Assembly (NCBI GenBank): GCA_951406725.2
Contig: OX597817.1
Coordinates: forward strand, 40,672,001 to 40,736,000
Origin: Octopus vulgaris
Taxonomy: Eukaryota
DNA: 64,000 nt
Direction of reading: 5' to 3'
Both the position numbers and the translations under genes were made by a program. The notes under the pieces were generated by a model that saw only the letters and a list, made by a program, of their open reading frames with translations, ran no database searches and was not told the origin of the DNA. Shown here piece by piece: positions 55,077 through 64,000 of this stretch. Numbering within the stretch: the stretch's first letter is position 1; every line of letters starts with the position of its first letter.

Positions 55077-55490
55077 TGTAGTGATGCTACTGTGTAGGGT
55101 TCAGCGCGCATGCGCAGAATGGGACTACTTCCGGGTGGCCACCGGAAGTCTTCCCCATGCGCATGTGCGGGAAACGATCCCTAAGGTCCGCTAAACTCAA
55201 TTCATTCTCTCTGGCAAGTCAGCCAACGTGAACAGACGTGCATTTGGTAGACTCTGATAACCTCACCGACTTAGCCGCCAACGACATCGAACCACTTCAA
55301 CCAACGAACAAGAAGCTGTACATCAGAAGGCTGTCGTTTTCCCATCAGATATACGTACACCATCGCAATTAATAAACAAACTGCTGTCCTTCACCGATAA
55401 CCTGACTTCGTCTGTTATGTCTTACTAAATTGTATGTGACGGGATCGGATCGACACCCTTTCAGTGATACCGATACCAGATCCTGTTACA
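55077..55490 (+). repeat. 3' LTR (414 bp)
   Basis: TGTAGTG...TGTTACA. Confidence 0.95.
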
Positions 55491-56766
55491 CAGTTATTGT
55501 TGCAGGTAGGACAGATCCGGCTATCAGCTGAATTGTGAAAATTGCTCTTCAACCCTCCTTTAAACAAGAAGGTCAGGTAGTGTTCATTCTGGTAATATAT
55601 GATAAAAGAGGTTGTGTGGTAAAGGAGGCTGAAGGGACTGAAGGCAGATGTTTTTGTTTTTGGTCAAGTTGTTGTGTTTGTGGTATTATGGGCTGTGATG
55701 AGCTATGTGGTATTGGTGGAGAGGATTGCAGATGAGGTAGACGAAAGTGAAGACTGCAGGGGCCAGTGGAACAGCCACGGGACATGAGTGGGCAGGAAGA
55801 ACGTGCGGGCAGTTCGAGCAGAGACAGCAGCGTGCAAGGATGTGTTTATTTCTTGACAGTGATCACTCATCCTGCCTAGGTCAACAGTCCACTTGGAAAG
55901 GAAGGGAAAGGTAGAGAAGGGTGTGCTCACCTCAAGTAAATTTGTTAAAAAGTGGGTGACAGTTACAGAATGGCAGGAGTTAACTATACCACACAAAGCG
56001 TACCTAGAGATCGAAGAATGACTGGGTACACGCCCCTAATGATCAAAGTGGTCTTGAAACTGTGGGATACCTTAATTAGACCTAGCTGAAAGTCCTCTTG
56101 TATCAGGAGGATTTTATTTTATTTGATTTGTTGTTAATTATTGTTTGTTTTTTGTACCTTATTTGCATTCTGTGTATCCCACATACACACTTTTTGTGAT
56201 CTGTCTTTATGATGCTCTCTTTATCTGAGTATTTGGTTACAGAACTACGTACTGAGTAAGCAAAACAAAAAACAAAAAAGCAAAGAACTTTGTGAGGCGA
56301 CTTTACTTTTATACTTCTGGGTTCAATACGAATCCAGCCAAGGCCAATTTTAAGTTTCATCGTACTAAGGTCGATACAATAAGTAGTATCAACTAACACT
56401 GTAGTTAATATGATTAACATATCTCACTCTCATAAAATATGTAACCTTTTTCCAAGTTTATTTCAGAAATCAATGCTGTTATTAAGGAAACAAGACAGGA
56501 AATCCGAAGAGAGTCGGACAGAAATATTTTTTAAATGCAAGAGGCGAGAGATTGCGTGTTGATATGAGAACACGATAGGAAAATCGTGAAACAAACTAAT
56601 AAAGTTTTTCTGCTGCACTCAGCAACAAGCATACACCAAACACGTGCTTTTGACAGATAAACGAGTCGCTCTTTCGTTTTTGCACTCAAGTCACATGATA
56701 CAAATAACTGTCCCAGTTTATTTATATCTTCTGACATAGGAATGGTTAACAGTAGAGTTCTTCAGA

Positions 56767-57018
56767 ATGGCGTCGGTACTGGCTCGTCATTTTGCATCAC
56801 CTTACCAACGATTATTTCTCCTTTTGTTTGTTTTTCTTGTCTATAACCATGTAAAAGCTCGGGAGGTTATTCACATGGAAAAAAGAGACATTTCAGCCTC
56901 AAAATATGAGTACAGTCATTCGCAAACACGATTTAAACGCAGTGTTGATAACAAGTGTCAGGAACAAGAAGAGAAATTCTTACAAGATTTGAAGAATAAC
57001 AAGCGTATACACGAAGAG
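56767..57018 (+). CDS. SORT1: Sortilin-like Vps10p receptor, coding exon 1 (signal peptide, propeptide, furin site)
   Basis: Hydrophobic leader, then RFKR|SVDNKCQEQEEKFLQDLKNNKRIHEE, resembling sortilin RWRR|[25 protein letters not shown]; donor GAG|gtgtgt, phase 0. Confidence 0.75.
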
Positions 57019-59318
57019 GTGTGTATAATTTGGCTTTTTTCTTTAATCGTTATAGGAATTTTTTATGTTACTCTTAAAAATGCAATAGCGACAACTAATT
57101 AACCCTATTAAATTGTGGTTATTAAATGCCTTGTCTGTACAAGTTTAAGATCGTTCAGGGCTTGAGGAGAAGACGACTCGTGATGGAAATAAAACCACCT
57201 GTTTTTCATTATTAATCAAAAATGAAAACATTTATTACACTAAAACACACACGCCCGTATTTTTATGTGCTGCGTATGTATTAAACGTATCCTCCCTAAT
57301 ATTACCCTCTCCTACTGAAGTTAAATTTGTGAAATTCAGTCATATGGTTAATCTATTTACGCTGTAAACATTAACGAGTTTGCAAACAAACACTTCTAAA
57401 TATATTTCTTTCTTATTCGATGTTCTCTTTCCATATTTAAACTATTCCTTCTGCCTCTTTGATTTAATTTCAATGGTTTATTATTGAAACTTCATATTTA
57501 CATTTATATTTACTTCCTTGTGTTTATATTTAATGTAAACTATTAGGGTACATTCACCTGTAGAGTGAAAATATGTGATGTGCTAACAATAGAAAATACC
57601 TGTATCTGAAGAGCAGTGATGAGGTCGGTACTAAGGATATTGGGGCCCACACAAACAAGATAATGTTGAAAACTCTTCCCAACACAGGTATAGATACTAA
57701 GACGGTGACAACGAGGACAATGTTTATTTGATATTACTAGTTGACAATTTAAACAGTTCTTGCTAATAAATTATTTCTTGTTTTTTTTTTTTTTTTAAAG
57801 ACCTTGTCTACTTTAATTTTGATTTCTACTCACCCTGTACCGAAATACGTTTGTGGAAGGGAATTTGGTAGTTAATTTGATGGCCTTTCCAGAGAAGTGA
57901 AAGACAAATTTGACTCAAGTTTGATATAAAATTAAAATGAAGTTTAACACAAATGCTGTCCTTATTTAGCTCTGTAAATTGAGGGCGTGGATAATTGAAA
58001 CTAGGTTAGGTAATCCAATATCAGGAGTTGACATCATTTATATTTGTATAGTGGTTAAAAGTTTTGATATGCCATTTACCAAGTGGCATATCAAAACTGT
58101 TTTGTTGATGGAAACAGCAATCATATTTTATTCCCCCTTATCCTATATTAATAAAAGAATGGAAAATAAAATGAAATAACTATTTAGAATATTAAATATA
58201 ACCTGATTCCAACTGGAAAACATAAATTGTGTTAGTCATGTCTTTGTTGCTCCTAAATCTCTTTTGAGATTCAGTACCTCCTAGATGCTGATATTGTACA
58301 GGTAGATTCAACACCAACTTTCTAGACACTGATGGTCCAGAACCGTTTATAATCTGCATTAATTTATGAACAGGAACTTCAATTTCCCACAGCCACCAGA
58401 CTAATCTACTGGTACTTTGCACAGTACAGTATCAATAAACTTGTATCATTTATACTAATGTACAGGTACTTGTATTTCATTTAATTTTTTTTAGGTAAAT
58501 TTAATATTTGTTTAATTTAGAGTGTGTTGACCAAGGAGCTCTCCCTGTTTTGGAAAAATCAGTTATCTAGAAAGACTGTGGAACCAAAGGTTCTAGGAAA
58601 TCAATGTTGTACCTGTACTACTCATTAAAACATTGTAAGGATTAGCAGGAGTATGACATCCTGAGAGATAATTATACTATTAATTCTCTTCATTATAGAC
58701 TTCAAACAAAACTGAAAATAGTGCTGTTGTTTTCAAGGCCCTTCTGAAAAATATTTACCTTGTTGAAAATCATTGTTTATATTTATTACATCCATAATTT
58801 TAAGCCTTCCAGCATGCCAGTCCATTTAAACTGTCCGACAATGGACGTTAAATGATGATGATGATAATTTTAGTTTTCATTGAAGCAAACTTGCCAATAT
58901 GTACTCTTTGCATCAATTGAGGAAAACAAAATCTTTGTTCCTTGCTCATCTATGTGGTTTCAAGATGAGAGAGTTTGAATCTTGTCATTTGAATGGGCCT
59001 TGTAATCTGCGTGAATTCTTTCTTTCACATTCAGACTGTTAGTGATGCATTATTAATACTTCCATACTGACCATGGAGTTAGAATTCCCATTATTTTAAG
59101 ATAGTGAAAATAATTTTAAACCTCCTCTCTTGGCTATACTGAAACTGAGCGTCCTGAACAAATTTTATCTTAACTGTACTGTTATGCATTATAACCCTTT
59201 ATTGATGTCAAATAACCAGAGATACAGTAGCATGATGTACCCTTTGAGAATGTCTGCATTGATAAGGGTTATTACCCACCAAAAAGCTGTTTTTAGCTCC
59301 AAAGTCAAGCAAAGCTGT

Positions 59319-59733
59319 TGTAGTGATGCTACTCTGTAGGGTTCAGCGTGCATGCGCAGAATGGGACTACTTCCGGGTGTCCACCGGAAGTCTTCCCCAT
59401 GCGCATGTGCGGGAAACGTTCCCTTAGGCCCGCTAAACTCAAATCATTCTCTCTGGCAAGTCAGCCAACGCGATCGGACGTACATTTCGCAGGCTCTGAT
59501 AAACTCACCGACTTAGCCGCCAACGACCATCGAACCTCTTCAACAAAACGAACAAGAAGCTGTACATCAGAGGCTGTCCTTCTCCCATCAGACACACGTA
59601 CGCCATCACAATAAATAAACAAACTGCTGTCTTTTACCTACAACCTGACTTCGTCTGTATTGTCTTACAAAATTTGTATGTAACTGGATCGGATCAACAC
59701 CCTTTCAGTGAATCGATAACCCATCCTGTTACA
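59319..59733 (+). mobile_element. Solo LTR of a related Gypsy subfamily in intron 1
   Basis: TG...CA, 415 bp, TSD CTGT at 59315-59318 and 59734-59737. Confidence 0.95.
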
Positions 59734-60229
59734 CTGTTGTACTACCAACTAGCTCTAATTTTGACCCATCATAAGAAGTTAAATGCCTGTCAATAGGTTT
59801 GGTAATTAATAATAATTTTAAAAGGGAAATCAGAATGACGGAGCATGCTACACAAATATTCAAATTATGTTTTGAATGGGGTATCCATTCAGTTTACATT
59901 TAACCCAATGTAATTGCACAATTAACATTCAAAGCTACTTCCACATCATCAGGCTATTAATGTGTTGTGCTCTTAACATTATCAACAGACTTGGTAGAAA
60001 GCAGTAGTTTTGATTTGCTGAATCTGTTGAAGTGGCTCAGTTAACGACAGCTAAACTATCCTTTCCCTATGTAAGACAGGACCTAAAAAAATGTGAAGAA
60101 CCACAGTTGCTGCAGTTTTTAACTCGGCTTTACATAGTTTTACACTTGCTGTGGCCTGGTAGAAGGAGAACAGAAGCAGTGTCCATAGCCTTTGCTGGCC
60201 CATTTAGACGAGTAAGACTGATGCCATTA

Positions 60230-60810
60230 ATGTTCCTTTTGAGCTGTTTTTTAACTAAATATCTGAAGGAAAGACATGGGCAGGTATGGAATTCTGGAAT
60301 GCCAGCATTCTAGGAAAGAAGGAATAGGAATCCTGAGATTGAGGTGAACACATCAGAGATGATGAGAAGAGGCGAAATAAATGGGATGGGAGAGCTTGTG
60401 TAGGGATGACAGGCACTCAACCAGCTCTGAAGAAGAAAGGCCCTTATAGGAGTGGTAGAAAAAAGGCAGAGAGAAGAAACAGCATGCCTTTGGACTAGAA
60501 GCTGGAGAATATCTGTGAGTAAGTTTATGCCATTCAGACAGTTGGCCCTTTTCTGGAGGTGGTCTAGGATGTCTGTGTGCGCACAACAGTATGGTCCCCA
60601 ATATGAGAGCAACACTTCATTGTGGGTCTCACCTGAGCATATCAATAACTGTTGTAGACTGAAGTATCTTCTGATCCTGAAGAGAGTGGGCAATTGTTGG
60701 GATGCAAACCTAGCTATTTTAAGGCAGTGCTTTTGCCAGGATAGATCCTTGGCGATTGTAAGATCCAACAATCGGAGTGATTTTTCAGGGCTGCTACTCA
60801 TGATTAAGGA
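60230..60810 (-). pseudogene. Jockey/CR1-like LINE RT 3' remnant
   Basis: LRLLDLTIAKDLSWQKH..LFRIRRYF..LQKRA..RHAVSSLCLF. Confidence 0.7.
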
Positions 60811-61650
60811 AGGAAGTGTGATGCTGTTTTCTTGTTACTTACTTTAACAGGAGTCCATGTTGTTAGTATGAAGTACTTCTGTTTTGGATCTAGTTGTACT
60901 ATTTATTAATTCAACAGCAAATGTTTGTTCTTACTGCATTGTTAGAACAAAAATAACCAGGTCTAAGATGGATACTATTGGAAAATCCTTAGTCAATCGA
61001 GAATCTTTATTTTTGTCTGAGCATAATTGATTCCATTAATAAAAACTAATTTTATCAGCTTTGCTTCTTGTTCATCTTTTGATCTCGGAGAATTTACACA
61101 AAAGCATGTGCATTAGGTCTTAGCAGGAACTTATTAGCAAGTTCTTGTTTTTTGTTTTAGATCCCAAAATTTTAACATATCTAAGATGAGTTTGTTTAAA
61201 ATGATCTAAGTCTTCAAATAAACAATCAATTGCATTGATGCCACATAATACAAAGAATCTATGCCACACCAGTTCTGGTTTAGTGTTAGCTAAGCAGTTT
61301 TGAATTTTACTGCTTTTATCTATGTACGTACTTCTTCAATACTGTCAGGAATTAAATGTTTATTAGATTCCATCTAATACAGTTAGATGGTTATTAGAGT
61401 TGTAAATCTTTGTTGAGTGTGGCCTAGAGGTTAAGATGTTGCACTTATGATTGCAAGATTGTGGTTTCAATTCCTGGACCAGGCTGTGCATTGCTTTTTA
61501 AGCATTTCACATTGCTCCAGCTCACCTAAATAAGTAACCCTATGATGGACCAGCATCCCATTCAGGGAGAATATAATGGTCTCGGTCACTTAAATGCCAT
61601 GGAAACTGAGTGACCAACACTGTGATTTGAGACTGTAATGGCCAAGGGCT

Positions 61651-62470
61651 CATCATTATCATCGTTTAACGTCTGCTTTCCATGCTGGCATGGGTTGGAT
61701 GGTTTGACTGAGGACTGGTGAGCCAGAGGCTGCACCAGGCTCTATCTGGTCTGACAAAGTTTCTACAACTGGATGCCCTTCCTAACGCCAACCACTCTGA
61801 GAGTGTAGTGGGTGCTTTTTACATGCCACCAGCATGAGGGCCAGTCAGGCGGTTCTGGCAACGACCACACTCACATTCAGAAGGTGTTTTTATGTGCCAC
61901 CTGCACAGGAGCCAGTTCTGCGGCACTGGCAACGACCATGCTCAAATGGTGCTTTACATGTATCACCAGCACAGGAGCCAATCCGTGGCCCTGGCAATGA
62001 TCACGCTTGGATGTGCTTTTAACGTTCCACTGGCACAAGTACCAATCAGGTGGTGCTGTCATTGACCACTTCAGCGATTTTGATTTGTTTACACTTGCCC
62101 CAATAGGTCTTTGCAAGCAAAGTTCATTGTCCAATGAATGAGGGGTACTTATAAATGGCCCTGTTACACCCCACGTTCCACTGACATGAGTGCCAATCAG
62201 GCAGTTTTGTTGTCGGCCACATCAGCAATTTTGATTTTGATATCCCTTGCGTCAATAGTTCTTCACAAGCAAAGTTTATTGTCCAATGAATGAAGGGTAT
62301 TCATAAATGGGCTGGTTATACCCACTGTCATAGGCCATGGGCTATGGTCTCACTTGGCTTGTTGGGTCTTCTCAAGCACAGCATATCTCGAAAGGTCCCG
62401 GTCACTAGTCATTGCCTTGGTAAGGCCCAATGTTCGAAGGTCATGCTTCACCACCTTACCCCAGGTTTTC
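61651..62470 (-). mobile_element. RTE 3' fragment with an expanded modular UTR
   Basis: ORF end plus about 5 UTR repeat units and a further duplicated block of about 145 bp. Confidence 0.85.
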
Positions 62471-63019
62471 ATGATTGTAAAGCCAGCTTCTTAACCAATC
62501 AGCTATGCTTTAACCCGTTGAATACTGACCCCACCCCATCCCCCTGCTTCTATGACTCAACCATTCTATTTTAAAGTGATTTAATTGTTTAGCTTTCAGA
62601 TCATCCTGTCAAATGTAATGCTTATTATATTCACATTGCTTTGAATTAATAAAGCGTTATCTCATAGTTTTGAGATTTTGATGGTGTGATTGTTTATTTT
62701 GAGAATGACATTGTCAGGTAGGTGTAAGAAACCAGATCTGGGTAGTCTGAACTTGAACAGGTATAATGTTTTGACTGGAGTTGGCTTGTTTAAATGCTAA
62801 CAGGTTGAAAATAAAATACCCTTTTTCCATAAATTAATTTGTTGCAAAAATGAGCTTTAAAATAAAATATTTTAGTATATTCTTCATTATTTTAAAAATT
62901 AATTGAAATTAAGAGGATATATTTCAACAGAAATATAGTTAATGTAGTGTTGAAACTAAAATCTTTTTATTTTTATTTTCATGTATTGCTATTTTAATCC
63001 TTTTCCCTTTGTTTTTCAG

Positions 63020-63076
63020 TTTGTCTTTAGGAATACATCTAATGTCAGTATCATGTTAACTTGGGCTGATGATGGC
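63020..63076 (+). CDS. SORT1: Sortilin-like receptor, coding exon 2 (57 nt)
   Basis: ccctttgtttttcag|FVFRNTSNVSIMLTWADDG|gtaagt, phase 0-0; resembles sortilin [20 protein letters not shown]. Confidence 0.8.
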
Positions 63077-63636
63077 GTAAGTATAGTCAGCAAAAATTCT
63101 TTTTTATGTGATATCTTTCTTTTATCTTTTATTTGTTTTATTCATTAGACTGCAGCCATGTTAGGTCACCACTTTGAAGGAACTTAGTCAAACAAATCAA
63201 CCCCATTAGTTATCTCTTTGTAAAATCATTATCTTTTGTTGAACTATTAAATTATGGCTATGTAAACACACCACCACCAGTTGTCAAGCAGTGATGGGGG
63301 ACTAACACACACACACACAAACAGGCTTCTTCCAGTTTCTGTCTACTACCAAATCCCCTCAAAAAGCTTTGGTCGGATTGAGGCTATAGAAAAAAACGTC
63401 CAATGTTCCATGCAGTGGACTGAACCCAGTACCATGAGGTTGGGAAGCAAGCTTCTTACCACACAGCCATGCCTGTACCTATGTACTATCTTTGAATTGT
63501 TGGTTTACAAATATGCATTTATATGATTGTGTTTTTATTTAAATATTTTTGTAACTACATCCAGATTTTCAGTTTGATTGACTGCTGCATACAGGATGTT
63601 TTATTGTGGGGAAGCAGAACTTGAACTTGAACAAAA

Positions 63637-63870
63637 GGCTGCGAGCTGGCAGAATCGTTAGCATGTCAGACGAAATGCTTAGCAGTATTTCGTCTGCCAT
63701 TACATTCTGAGTTCAAATTCCGCCGAGGTCAACTTTGCCTTTCATCCTTTCAGGGTTGATAAATTAAGTACCAGTTACGCACTGGGGTCAATGTAATTGA
63801 CTTAATCCCTTTGTCTGTCCTTGTTTGTCTCCTTTAGGTTTCGCCCCTTGTGGGCAATAAAGAAATAAGA
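63637..63870 (+). mobile_element. SINE family B (Meta-domain-like), full length
   Basis: Head gagctggcagaatcgttagc..gagttcaaattcc, core actttgcctttcatcctttcagggttgataaattaagtacc; gaacttgaacttg on both flanks. Other copies near 21320, 23800, 25765, 27463, 44880, 45195, 46370 and 46600. Confidence 0.85.
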
Positions 63871-64000
63871 ACTTGAACTTGTGACCTTGCTGATATTTAG
63901 CTTCACTGAAAGTTCACAGCTGCATATTTTTTAGTATTTTTATACAAGTAGTAAACAATAGTGTTGTTGTTTACAGAGTTCCACTATGATAATCTTGGGT

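Larger units (their letters stand above)
50597..55490 (+). mobile_element. Ty3/Gypsy LTR retrotransposon, full length but defective
   Basis: Paired LTRs, 4 bp TSD CAGT (50593-50596 / 55491-55494), PBS, PPT, gag-PR-RT-RH-IN order. Confidence 0.97.

Noticed and set aside
58480-58500. Poly-T AG|GTAAAT recursive splice-site motif in sortilin intron 1
   Set aside because: The intron is only 6 kb and the motif is expected by chance in AT-rich DNA.

Overview
This is AT-rich, repeat-saturated metazoan DNA, most likely an octopus or other cephalopod (inferred from the tRNA-derived SINE families and the extreme microsatellite density). Almost all ORFs in the supplied track are repeat or microsatellite artefacts. 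Host genes: the first two coding exons of a sortilin-like Vps10p receptor (56767-57018, 63020-63076, +), a lower-confidence spliced transcript on the minus strand (about 38.9-24.7 kb), and a possible terminal exon near 4.4 kb. Mobile elements: a defective full-length Ty3/Gypsy element with both LTRs (50597-55490) and a solo LTR in sortilin intron 1; a Dong/R4-like RLE retrotransposon inside (TAA)n; many RTE 3' fragments; three Penelope-like (GIY-YIG) remnants; HERO, CR1/L2 and Jockey remnants; a Chapaev3-like transposon; mariner, piggyBac and hAT-like MITEs; three SINE families; and a 1.7 kb tandem duplication. Most notable on manual reading: (1) minimal hammerhead-ribozyme motifs, two with a U3-A8 variant core, tied to Penelope remnants and to a series of long fold-back hairpins; (2) templated duplications and inversions at RTE 5' junctions; (3) LTRs with palindromic NRF1/ETS-like motifs on both sides of the sortilin first exon. 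All calls come from reading the sequence; no searches were run, and the boundaries of degenerate elements are approximate.
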